Positions 19,361 to 28,509 of a stretch of 64,000 nt of DNA are shown here, one piece after another; position 1 is the first letter of the stretch, and each line of letters starts with the position of its first letter. This DNA comes from Coprothermobacterota bacterium (GTDB lineage Bacteria > Coprothermobacterota > Coprothermobacteria > Coprothermobacterales > Coprothermobacteraceae). The stretch covers positions 64,001-128,000 of the forward strand of contig JAZIGN010000003.1 of the NCBI GenBank assembly GCA_036679065.1. Reading direction: 5' to 3'. Below the pieces are notes generated by a model. That model did no database searches, was not told where the DNA came from, and worked only from the letters and a program-made list of their open reading frames with translations. Both the position numbers and the translations under genes were made by a program.

Positions 19361-19792
19361 ACGAACAAATTTCTTTTACTCTTGGCAATGACTCTGCTGA
19401 TGCTGTGTCTGTGCAGTTGCCCCAGTTCGAATACAGAGAAGCTAAATAACGAGGTAGTTCTCAGCTTTGTAAACCAGTGTAACACAGCGATTTATGGCTT
19501 GCACGTGGAGTACTATATAGAAGACGAAGCCGTCGGTGGTCAGTTGGTTTCGGTCAATTCCGACATGGACACACCCTTTCAAAAAGATCAAACCATCAAC
19601 ATGTATCTGATACAAAAGGACTTCCCAGAAAATGCCGACTTAGACAATTTCGGAATGCTGGTGTTAATTGTGTTAGAAAACAAAAGCGAAGCGGGAGTAG
19701 GTAACAAAATTAGCCTTCCTGTGGAATTTGGTAAGAACTACCAATTTTTGTTGATAGAAAATAATGGCAACTGCTCCATAGAACGACCATAA
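19361..19792 (+). CDS. Putative lipoprotein of unknown function (probable ACG start)
   Basis: AAGGAGG-5nt-ACG is in frame with ORF 19382-19792 and gives (M)NKFLLLLAMTLLMLCLCSC, a lipoprotein signal with lipobox. Confidence 0.6.
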   Translation, partial: TNKFLLLLAMTLLMLCLCSCPSSNTEKLNNEVVLSFVNQCNTAIYGLHVEYYIEDEAVGGQLVSVNSDMDTPFQKDQTINMYLIQKDFPENADLDNFGMLVLIVLENKSEAGVGNKISLPVEFGKNYQFLLIENNGNCSIERP

Positions 19793-19847
19793 GCACTTAA
19801 AGCTCACTTTTGGTGAATCTTTGTTCTTTGCTAAACTTATAACTGGC

Positions 19848-20768
19848 ATGGCAAAGTTCGAAATTGTTGAGAATCACCCCAAATGGGATCAGTTTGTGGC
19901 AAAGCTTGAATGTCCGTCGCCATTCGCCACCAGCTCCTTTTTAAAGTTGGTGGACACTTGTTATGATGGACAAAGTTTCACCTTATCGGTGGTCTCATCT
20001 GGGAACATATTTATGGGTGCCGCACTGAGAAAAGTAGGAAGGCACATAAGGCCTGCACCGCCCATGACTTACATGCCCCTAATTTATGATAAACTAAGCC
20101 ATCGCACCCTTCTGGACGCTCAGATCGCCTTGGGCGAGTACTTGAAGAAAAACTTTTCTGTTATCCACTACATATCGGCTACAAGCTTTTTTCAGGACGT
20201 GCGTGGCTTCCAAAGAGAAGGTTTTGGAATGCAGGTGCTGTACACTGCTCTGAGCGACCTAAAAGATTTCGACATCATGAAAGTGGAGCAGAAACAACGT
20301 AACATCATCTACAAGGCACAGAGAGAGAACATAGCAGTGGAAGAGACCCGCGACATGGAACCTCTTTGGGATATTTACATAAGCACTTTCGACCGTAAAT
20401 CCATTGAACCACCTTACTCAAAAGATTTCTTCATGGCACTTCCGGAACTGGGAGAAAAAATTAGGATTTACACAGCAAAGAAAGATGACGGACGACTGGT
20501 GGGGTTTGCAGCCATATTATTGCAAGGCAAATGCGCTTACTACTATGTTTCTGGAAACACCCATGAAGGGCTTTCGCTGGGCGCTTCACCGCTGCTCATG
20601 TTCACCATTTTGGAGAAGCTTAAGAAGGAAGGCTACTCGTATTTTGATTGGTGCGCTATTAACTTGCCGCGCCTTGCCAATTTCAAGTTATCTTTTGGAA
20701 GCAAAGCCGTACCGTATTTCGCTCTGTATTACGAGCCAAAGTGGCTCAGGATGCTTAAAGCACGGTAA
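19848..20768 (+). CDS. GNAT/FemAB-like acyltransferase
   Basis: QRNIIYKAQRENI, YYVSGN...GASPLLMF...GYSYFDW, FKLSFG pattern of Acetyltransf_6/FemAB proteins. Confidence 0.75.
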   Translation: MAKFEIVENHPKWDQFVAKLECPSPFATSSFLKLVDTCYDGQSFTLSVVSSGNIFMGAALRKVGRHIRPAPPMTYMPLIYDKLSHRTLLDAQIALGEYLKKNFSVIHYISATSFFQDVRGFQREGFGMQVLYTALSDLKDFDIMKVEQKQRNIIYKAQRENIAVEETRDMEPLWDIYISTFDRKSIEPPYSKDFFMALPELGEKIRIYTAKKDDGRLVGFAAILLQGKCAYYYVSGNTHEGLSLGASPLLMFTILEKLKKEGYSYFDWCAINLPRLANFKLSFGSKAVPYFALYYEPKWLRMLKAR

Positions 20769-20901
20769 CAAAGTAGGACCCGCTCAGAAAAAATAGACAT
20801 GGTTTCTATCCCCTCGCACTTTCTAGGCACTTAAATAAGCAAGATTACAGGACAATAACTCCTTAGCACAAAAACAAGTCAAAGCACAGTTCTTTTCTGG
20901 A

Positions 20902-21945
20902 TCACTGCCTAATAATGTCGGCGAAAACCTCCACAGCTTTTATCGCGTCGTCGCTGGTTATCCCGTAGTGAGTCACTAAGCGCAGTGTTTTAGGACTGTT
21001 GGCATTCGCAAGTACGCCTCGTGTTTTGAGCTCTTTTTCCACAGTATGAACGTCTTTGCCAGTGGGTGTCACGTCCACCACAACCATGTTAGTTTCCACT
21101 TCTTCAGGATTGACACCGTAGCCAAGTTCCTGCAGTTTCACTGCCAGCAGTTTTGCGTTATCGTGGTCTTCCTGCAAGCGATCAACCATCTTTGTTAGTG
21201 CAATGATGCCAGCAGCAGCCAGTATTCCAGCCTGGCGCATACCACCGCCAAGCATTTTCCTATTTTTTCTAGCTCTGTCGATAAAGTCCTTGCTCCCAAC
21301 CACCATGGAACCCACAGGTGCACACAAACCCTTGGACAGGCAGAACATGACAGAATCAGCGTATTTTGCATATTCACTAGCTGGTATACCACTGGCAACC
21401 TGGGCATTGAAAATGCGTGCTCCATCCATGTGCACGCTAAGGCCGTTGCTATGGGCGATATCAGAAATGGCTTTCACGTTGTCCAAGGGAAGTACTTTGC
21501 CACCGCCACGATTATGGGTGTTTTCCAAAACAACCAAGGACGTTCTCGGGAAGTGAATGTTGCCACGTTCCCTGATAGCTCTTCTCACATCATCGGGGTC
21601 CATGACACCACGCTTGCCGGGTACGGGGCAAGCCTGAACACCGCTCAAGACAGCCATGGCTCCCACTTCATAGTAATAAACGTGACTCTCAGCTTCCATG
21701 ATGACTTCGTCCCCTCGCTGAGTGTGAGTCATCACGCTAACCTGGTTACCCATGGTTCCTGAAGGAACAAATAAAGCTGCTTCCTTACCCAGGATCTTTG
21801 CAGCCAAGCTTTCTAATTCCTGAATGGTGGGGTCCTCACCGTAAACATCATCGCCCACTTCTGCTTCAGCCATGGCACGCCTCATTTCTTCCGTGGGAAG
21901 CGTTACCGTGTCTGACCTTAAGTCGATAAAATCCAAAGTACTCAT
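20902..21945 (-). CDS. ltaE: Low-specificity L-threonine aldolase
   Basis: [39 protein letters not shown] (PLP lysine). True start may be TTG 21936. Confidence 0.95.
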   Translation of the reverse strand: MSTLDFIDLRSDTVTLPTEEMRRAMAEAEVGDDVYGEDPTIQELESLAAKILGKEAALFVPSGTMGNQVSVMTHTQRGDEVIMEAESHVYYYEVGAMAVLSGVQACPVPGKRGVMDPDDVRRAIRERGNIHFPRTSLVVLENTHNRGGGKVLPLDNVKAISDIAHSNGLSVHMDGARIFNAQVASGIPASEYAKYADSVMFCLSKGLCAPVGSMVVGSKDFIDRARKNRKMLGGGMRQAGILAAAGIIALTKMVDRLQEDHDNAKLLAVKLQELGYGVNPEEVETNMVVVDVTPTGKDVHTVEKELKTRGVLANANSPKTLRLVTHYGITSDDAIKAVEVFADIIRQ

Positions 21946-22022
21946 CCTCCTTTTGCTTTACAGCTTATTTTAAACCGTACCGTGGCACCCCTGCACAATG
22001 GCCAAGTAATGCTCTTTGCTTC

Positions 22023-22067
22023 AAAAAACAGAAGGGCGGCTTCCCTTACCTGGAAGCCGCCCTTCTG
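22023..22067 (-). terminator. Intrinsic terminator downstream of gdh
   Basis: Perfect 16-bp stem CAGAAGGGCGGCTTCC/GGAAGCCGCCCTTCTG followed by T6 on the minus strand. Confidence 0.9.
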
Positions 22068-22151
22068 AGGAGAGAGAAAAGATCTCTTTTAAGAAGTATG
22101 TTTGCTTCTAGTACGCTTGTGCAGTACGACCGCTATTGGGCTATGTATTGA

Positions 22152-23402
22152 TTACACCCAACCTCTTGCTTTCATGGCCTCGTAAACGCGCTTGATGGAG
22201 ATCATGTAAGCAGCCGTACGCATGTTCACTTTGTACTGCTGTGCCAGGTCGTAAACAGCCTTGAAGGCATCAACCATGCCCTCTTCCTGGCGCTGCTTTA
22301 CTTCTTCTTCAGTCCAATACAGATTCGTCAGGTTCTGTACCCACTCAAAGTAAGAAACCATGACTCCACCAGCATTGGTCAAAATGTCCGGGCACACGAA
22401 GATGCCCTTGCTGTCCAAAATCTTGTCTGCTTCAGGAGTAACTGGGCCGTTAGCCCCTTCCACGATCATCTTTGCCTTTATGCTATCGGCGTTATCAGCT
22501 GTGATCTGGTTCTCAAGAGCACATAGCGCCAATATGTCAACATCCAGGCTGAGCAATTGTTCATTATTAATGGACGTGGTGCCAGGGAAGTTCACAACGG
22601 AGCCAGTCTTCTTCACATGCTCCATGAGTTTTTCTACATCGATACCGTCTTTGTTGTAAATGCCTCCGAATACGTCGGTGACAGCGACTACCTTTCCGCC
22701 TAAGCGGTGCAGGTAAAGTCCACTGTAGCTACCCACATTGCCGAAGCCCTGCAGAGCCACTGTGCACTTGTTAAAGTCCATGCCCAAACGTTTTGCGCCT
22801 TCTCTTGCAGTTAAAGCCACACCATAACCAGTGGCATCAGTGCGTCCCTTTGAACCGCCAAGTATGAGGGGCTTACCCGTTATCACACCAAAGCTGTTAT
22901 GCCCCATTATCTTGCTGTATTCGTCTACCATCCAACCCATGATCTCGGCGTTGGTACCCACGTCTGGTGCTGGGATGTCCAGCTCAGGACCCACTATGGT
23001 TGCAATGGCTCTAATGTACCCACGGCTGAGCTGCTCCAATTCTCTCTTTGAAAGCTTTGTAGGATCAACACACACTCCACCCTTACCGCCACCGTAGGGC
23101 AGACTCAAGACTCCACACTTGAACGTCATCCACATGGACAAAGCCTTTACTTCGTCCAAGTTAACATTCTGGTGAAACCTTATACCGCCTTTTGTGGGGC
23201 CCAAAGCATCATTGTGCTGGGACCTCCAGCCTTTGAACACTCTTAAGCTGCCATCGTCCATCCTAACAGGAATGGAGACCTCCATGACACGCATAGGCTC
23301 TTTTAACATTTCATAGACCGCAGGGTCCAAACCCAATAGGTCGCAAGCAGCCTTAATCTGTTTTTGCGCATTGACCAATGGGTTAAGAGATTCTGTTGAC
23401 AT
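22152..23402 (-). CDS. gdh: Glutamate dehydrogenase
   Basis: GPTKGGIRFH, LPYGGGKGG, DIPAPDVGT, QGFGNVG, EGANGP, SYFEWVQN. Confidence 0.97.
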   Translation of the reverse strand: MSTESLNPLVNAQKQIKAACDLLGLDPAVYEMLKEPMRVMEVSIPVRMDDGSLRVFKGWRSQHNDALGPTKGGIRFHQNVNLDEVKALSMWMTFKCGVLSLPYGGGKGGVCVDPTKLSKRELEQLSRGYIRAIATIVGPELDIPAPDVGTNAEIMGWMVDEYSKIMGHNSFGVITGKPLILGGSKGRTDATGYGVALTAREGAKRLGMDFNKCTVALQGFGNVGSYSGLYLHRLGGKVVAVTDVFGGIYNKDGIDVEKLMEHVKKTGSVVNFPGTTSINNEQLLSLDVDILALCALENQITADNADSIKAKMIVEGANGPVTPEADKILDSKGIFVCPDILTNAGGVMVSYFEWVQNLTNLYWTEEEVKQRQEEGMVDAFKAVYDLAQQYKVNMRTAAYMISIKRVYEAMKARGWV

Positions 23403-23539
23403 ATGGTCACCTCCAAACAGTTACATTTTACACAATTGGCTTTCTAAAACCAAGTTAATTTTAACATAAAACTCACATAAAACGCTTATGCAAATAACAC
23501 TCTGAGAAGCGAAATCATAATGCATTTAGCATTAGTACT

Positions 23540-24388
23540 TTAGGCTTTTGCAACGGCCGTCGTAGTAGCATATAGGCCCAAACAAATCAATGCACCACCC
23601 AATGCAATCTGCCATGAAAGCGTCTCACCGAACAAGAAACTAGACGCCACTGTGGCAATGACAGGTTCCCCAAGAAGTGCCACAGAAACTACAGAAGCAG
23701 GCAAGTTACTTAAGGCATAGTTTATCAGAGTATTACCACCCAGTTGAGGTCCCAGAGCTAAAGCCAAAACAAAGGGGACATCATGGCGCTGCAGAAGAAA
23801 ACCCTGCCCAAGCAGAAGCACAGCAAGAGCAAGCCACATGGAAGTGAAAAAGAAGAGGCTGTAGGTGAGAACAGAACTACTGCTCATACTCCTACTGCTC
23901 ATGCGGGTCATAGTGACATAAAGGGCCAAACCAAAGCTGGCTCCCAAAGCCATGAGATCACCAACATGGATCTGAATAGCCGAAGGCTGCAGAGTCATCA
24001 CTGCGGCTCCTGAAACACCTAAAGCAATACCCAACCACCCTTTGTTACTCATGGGCTCCTTTAAGAACACGGTGCTCATCACACCCACCCACAGAGGTGC
24101 CATGTTCACAATAAAAGTAGCATGAGCCACCGTAGTAAAACGGAGTGAATAGAACCAAAGTACAAAATCCAAAGTCAATCCCAAAGTTGCCACAATTAGA
24201 GGTAGAGAAAAATTGTGTCGCCACCAAAGAAAGAAATCTTTAGCCCAAAAAGGCGTAACCACCAGGGTAGCAATGAAAACCCTGTAAAACGCTATGGTCG
24301 CAGGAGGCGAAGCAGTGGCTTTTACCAGGAGTGAGGAAACAGAATAAAACAAAACGCCGCCCAGCAATGCTTGCCAAGATTTTTTCAT
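23540..24388 (-). CDS. DMT/EamA-family transporter
   Basis: About 10 TM segments with a twofold repeat; IAFYR, FLKE, GEPVIA...FGE. Confidence 0.85.
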   Translation of the reverse strand: MKKSWQALLGGVLFYSVSSLLVKATASPPATIAFYRVFIATLVVTPFWAKDFFLWWRHNFSLPLIVATLGLTLDFVLWFYSLRFTTVAHATFIVNMAPLWVGVMSTVFLKEPMSNKGWLGIALGVSGAAVMTLQPSAIQIHVGDLMALGASFGLALYVTMTRMSSRSMSSSSVLTYSLFFFTSMWLALAVLLLGQGFLLQRHDVPFVLALALGPQLGGNTLINYALSNLPASVVSVALLGEPVIATVASSFLFGETLSWQIALGGALICLGLYATTTAVAKA

Positions 24389-24467
24389 TTAAAATGCACC
24401 TCCAAGTGGTGTACACATGCAAATGCACTTTCACCTCTGCTCTGCGTATCTTTCTGCTTTTTCACAA

Positions 24468-25130
24468 CTACATCTGAGTGAGTACGTAAAGACCTAAAGC
24501 TAACAAAATGAGCGATGAAGCCCATTCCAACAAAGGGACAAGTTTGTCCTTGTACTCTTTTACCTTGGTAACGTCCATGAGGAAGTGCGCTGCCAATGTG
24601 ATAACCACCAGCGGCAAAACAACAATGGCATTGTACAGAGCCAGCCACACATACGCTTTCATCCGCACAGCCACGATATCATGGCTAAGCAAAGTCAAGA
24701 TTACGTAGTAAGGACCACTACTGCAGGGCATGAGAATAAAACCCGCCAAAAGACCGCCCACCAACGCGTACCAAACATTGCCTTTCCTTAAATAGCCCCC
24801 CACTATGGGCCTGAGGGGTGCCGGAGTGAGTTTTAGCTCTTCACCCTTCAAAGTATAAACCATGCGTGGCACCGCAAGTAGTATGGCTGCTATGCCCACA
24901 ATGATCCTTATACTGGCTATGTATTTGAAAATATGAGCAACGAATATCCCATAAAAGAAATAGCTAATAGCAACTCCCAGAGAAAATGTCAAACCAATGC
25001 TGAGCACCTTTTCCTTACCATAGGCAAAAATTATGTGCAGGAGAGCCATAGTAAGTATGCCAATCTCACAAGGATTGACGCTATCAGCTAATGCAGCACT
25101 GACTACCACCCACAGGGATATCTTGTCCAC
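24468..25130 (-). CDS. CcdA/DsbD-like transmembrane thiol-disulfide transporter
   Basis: About 6 TM segments with two PC motifs (DSVNPCE, LMPCSSGPY). Start placed at the leaderless GTG 25130. Confidence 0.7.
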   Translation of the reverse strand: MDKISLWVVVSAALADSVNPCEIGILTMALLHIIFAYGKEKVLSIGLTFSLGVAISYFFYGIFVAHIFKYIASIRIIVGIAAILLAVPRMVYTLKGEELKLTPAPLRPIVGGYLRKGNVWYALVGGLLAGFILMPCSSGPYYVILTLLSHDIVAVRMKAYVWLALYNAIVVLPLVVITLAAHFLMDVTKVKEYKDKLVPLLEWASSLILLALGLYVLTQM

Positions 25131-25176
25131 AGACACATTTTACCTTAGAAGCTTATGCATCTATAATAGTAGGAGT

Positions 25177-25734
25177 ATGAATTTCAGTCTGCTAAACCTT
25201 TTTCTGGTATTCATAAAGGTCGGTACATTGACCATCGGTGGGGGCTATGTCATGGTCCCCATATTCTTAGAAGAAATTGTCAGTAAACGTCATTGGATTA
25301 GTGAGGAAGAGTTCTTTAGAGTGCTTTCCATAGCGCAGGTATTCCCAGGTCCCATTGCAGTCAATCTAGCTGTAGCTTCAGGTTATCAGCTAGCTGGACT
25401 CGCTGGATCCGTAGTTGCTGCTTTGGGAGCCACACTGCCATCTCTGGTGATCATTTTGATAATAGCTATCTTTTTCAAACAGGCCTATACACTTTGGTGG
25501 GTGCAAGGATTGTTCTTCGGACTTCGACCTGCCGTGGCAGCACTCATGGTAGCCGCTGTATGGCAGCTGTTTACCAAAAGGCATTGGAAAGTCCCTTCAC
25601 TCATATTGGTGCTGGTAATAACACTGATCATATTCGCCTTGGGAATTAACCCAGCCTGGGTCATCTTGGTTTATTTAGGAGGACTGCTAACGTGGATATT
25701 TTATTGGAACTGGCAAAAGCGTTCCTACAAATAG
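25177..25734 (+). CDS. Short-chain chromate transporter (CHR family), subunit 1
   Basis: KVGTLTIGGG, AQVFPGPIAVN, LRPAVAAL. Confidence 0.9.
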   Translation: MNFSLLNLFLVFIKVGTLTIGGGYVMVPIFLEEIVSKRHWISEEEFFRVLSIAQVFPGPIAVNLAVASGYQLAGLAGSVVAALGATLPSLVIILIIAIFFKQAYTLWWVQGLFFGLRPAVAALMVAAVWQLFTKRHWKVPSLILVLVITLIIFALGINPAWVILVYLGGLLTWIFYWNWQKRSYK

Positions 25735-26225
25735 GCGTCTTCTCTTTTGGTGGCGGCTACGCCATCGTGGCACTTATTCGTTACGTAGTGGTACAGCAGT
25801 ATGCATGGCTCACCGACTTAGAGTTCTTGGACGTGCTTGCCGTATCGCAGATAACACCAGGCCCCATTGCCATAAACACAGCTACGTTCGTGGGCTACCT
25901 CATGGGAGGCATTTGGGGCAGCATTGTGGCAACATTCTCCTCCATTGCAGTACCTTTCCTCTTGGTTTATTCCATGTCCAGCTTGCTCAACAAGGTTAAT
26001 CCCGTCTACCTGGATATGTTTTTTGACAACATAACACCTTTAACTTTTGGATTGGTCATAGCAGCCACATTGAGCATATTGAAGTCCTCAGTGACCAACT
26101 ACTATGGAGTTGGCATTTTCCTTTTCGCGCTTCTTCTAAAACAAAGAACAAAACTGAACAGTGCTCTAATTCTGCTCATAAGCGGACTGCTGGGAGAAGT
26201 AGTTTACCTCCTTGTTGTCCACTAA
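25692..26225 (+). CDS. Short-chain chromate transporter (CHR family), subunit 2
   Basis: IGVFSFGGGY, SQITPGPIAINTATFVG. Confidence 0.9.
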   Translation: MDILLELAKAFLQIGVFSFGGGYAIVALIRYVVVQQYAWLTDLEFLDVLAVSQITPGPIAINTATFVGYLMGGIWGSIVATFSSIAVPFLLVYSMSSLLNKVNPVYLDMFFDNITPLTFGLVIAATLSILKSSVTNYYGVGIFLFALLLKQRTKLNSALILLISGLLGEVVYLLVVH

Positions 26226-26235
26226 AAACAACAAT

Positions 26236-26838
26236 TCAAACCACTTTTATCCTTTCTTCTTCTCCCCACTGCAGTGACATGTTACCTTTGGCTGCCAGCT
26301 GCTCAACGTCATCCTTTCGTGCCACATCCACCCATCCCTGCATGATCACCTGCTCCTGAAACAATGCCTCAGGTTCACTAACAAGTCGTGCTAAGTCCTC
26401 GTACAGCTTTCCGTAAGCCTCATAGTCCAATTGCAGTAATGCGCGGCACTGGTGCACCACAGTACCTTTGGAAGCTTGTTCCAAGGTTTTCCTCGCCACT
26501 GAGTTGTAGGCATCGATGAGGCCTTTAACCCCAAGTAGTATGCCGCCAAAATACCTCACCACAACCACCATAACATAATCCAACCCACTGCTTCTTATGG
26601 CGTTCAAAACTGGTGTCCCCGCACTTCCACTGGGCTCTCCTGCATCACTGGAGAACATTACCTCTCCCATTTTATATGCCCATACCCAGTGCGTGGCTTT
26701 AGGATGCTTTGCCTTTACATCCTGCAGAAAATCATGCACTTCCTGATCTGTAAAAACGGCTTTTGCGTAACCAATGAACTCAGAACGCTTTATGACTTCC
26801 CTGTAAGAAGCCAAACCCTTTACTGATTTAACGTCCAG
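26236..26838 (-). CDS. yigZ: YigZ/IMPACT-family protein (probable CTG start)
   Basis: IKRSEFIG, HPKATH, SDAGEPSGSAG, VVRYFGGILLG. Confidence 0.88.
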   Translation of the reverse strand: MDVKSVKGLASYREVIKRSEFIGYAKAVFTDQEVHDFLQDVKAKHPKATHWVWAYKMGEVMFSSDAGEPSGSAGTPVLNAIRSSGLDYVMVVVVRYFGGILLGVKGLIDAYNSVARKTLEQASKGTVVHQCRALLQLDYEAYGKLYEDLARLVSEPEALFQEQVIMQGWVDVARKDDVEQLAAKGNMSLQWGEEERIKVV

Positions 26839-27056
26839 AGGTGATAACCCCTTTCTTCACAGTTTGCAAGATCGCTCCGCCATTATGATGAAGTAATAAT
26901 AATAAATGAAAAGTAGCGATTGCTTTATCCACAAACATTTTACCTATTTACTGCCTACGTTGGTAACCGTTAATGACAAGAGAGCGGCATTACACAAGGA
27001 ATACCCATGAAAAGCACTCCTGCCTTTCCCAACGCTTCACATGATAGACTACTCTC

Positions 27057-28418
27057 ATGAGTGCACAAGACCAAATGATTCATGGTGACCCCAAAAAAGT
27101 AATTTGGTCCATGTCCCTTCCTAACATGTTGGGTTCATTGCTTTCCAACACCCTGCCTGCAGTAGAGCTAGCGCTCATCGCAGACTTGGGAACGAACGCA
27201 ATAGCCGCCATGGGCATTGTGGGGATGTTGGTCAGCCTGATATACGTTTACAACGAGGTCTGGGGCACAGGTTCTGTCATAGTCATGGCAAACTATTTGG
27301 GCAGGAAGGAATACGAAAAAGCAAGACTTGCCCTGAAAGAGACCACTTATGGCAAATTCTTCGGAGCACTAATAATGGTACTGCTGTGCCTTCCCTTTCT
27401 TGAACCGCTACTTGCTCTGCTGGGTGCAAAACCACAGATTATGGTTCACGCCAAAGCGTATGCGTTGCCTTTCTTGCTGGGCATACCTTTCTCAATGGCT
27501 GGCTACTCCTCGTACACTTTCTTTAGAGCTACCGGGCAAACAATTTGGGCCATGTGGTTTATGCTACTACAGACTGCACTCAACATTGCCTTGGACTTTT
27601 TTCTTATTTTGGGTTTTTGGATCTTTCCAAAACTTGGTCTGGCAGGTGCTGGCTGGGCTTATCTGATCAGCTGGGTCATATCAGACATCGCAGCATTCAT
27701 GTTTATCACAACACCCAAGTATGAACTCCCCACCAACGTGTTCAAAGACATAAAGTTCACAGAAGTGGGGGGAGAGGTATTCCGCATTGGGTTCTATGCT
27801 GGGCTTAGCAATCTTTCCACGGTTGGTGTGAGCGTGATCACACAGAGGATCATAAACGCCGTTTCCATACCAGTGTTTTCCGCTTACCAAGTATTTAACC
27901 GCATTGTGCAAATACCCAACACAGTAGTTTCTTCAATCTCCCTCATGTCAACGCCCATCATGGCACAAAATGTGGGTGCAAAACTTCATGACCGGGTAAA
28001 AGCGTTTGTGGATTACTGCTTTCAAATAGGCGTGTACTTTTTGGGTGCATTTGCCGTCATATGCCTTGTTTTCCCCGGTGCCATACTGACATTGTTCCGC
28101 GTAAAAGACCCCACATTGGTACCACTGGCAGTTTCAGCCTTAAGGATAATGGCTTTCGTTCCGCTGATGAGCTACATAACCTCCATTTATGTTAGCTACT
28201 TCCAAGCATACAACAATACTAAATTGCCTTTCATTCTAAATAGCATTGCTCAATGGTTGTTTTACGCGCCACTACTGTACCTTCTCCTCATGGTCATTAA
28301 AGTGTCACCTGCCACGGCCTTTTGGATTAGCACTGCCAACAGTTTGCTGGTTCTCGTACTTCACTGGTACTACTACAGAGCCCACCGTAGATTAATTGAA
28401 AACCATTTCTTCGATTAG
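27057..28418 (+). CDS. MATE-family efflux transporter
   Basis: About 12 TM segments; LGTNAIAA, LNIALDFFLI, LGLAGAGWA, AQNVGAK. Confidence 0.9.
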   Translation: MSAQDQMIHGDPKKVIWSMSLPNMLGSLLSNTLPAVELALIADLGTNAIAAMGIVGMLVSLIYVYNEVWGTGSVIVMANYLGRKEYEKARLALKETTYGKFFGALIMVLLCLPFLEPLLALLGAKPQIMVHAKAYALPFLLGIPFSMAGYSSYTFFRATGQTIWAMWFMLLQTALNIALDFFLILGFWIFPKLGLAGAGWAYLISWVISDIAAFMFITTPKYELPTNVFKDIKFTEVGGEVFRIGFYAGLSNLSTVGVSVITQRIINAVSIPVFSAYQVFNRIVQIPNTVVSSISLMSTPIMAQNVGAKLHDRVKAFVDYCFQIGVYFLGAFAVICLVFPGAILTLFRVKDPTLVPLAVSALRIMAFVPLMSYITSIYVSYFQAYNNTKLPFILNSIAQWLFYAPLLYLLLMVIKVSPATAFWISTANSLLVLVLHWYYYRAHRRLIENHFFD

Positions 28419-28509
28419 CCTTTCTTTAGGTTAGCACCCTGCATAATTGGGTATAACAAAAAAGAATCCACGTTATGCCACTAGAAGCAGGCACTTAGGA
28501 GGTGATACA

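Noticed and set aside
21946..22151. Possible glycine riboswitch upstream of ltaE
   Set aside because: No GGAGA/GAAGG/CUCUCAGG aptamer layout on the minus strand; the strong hairpin is explained as the gdh terminator.
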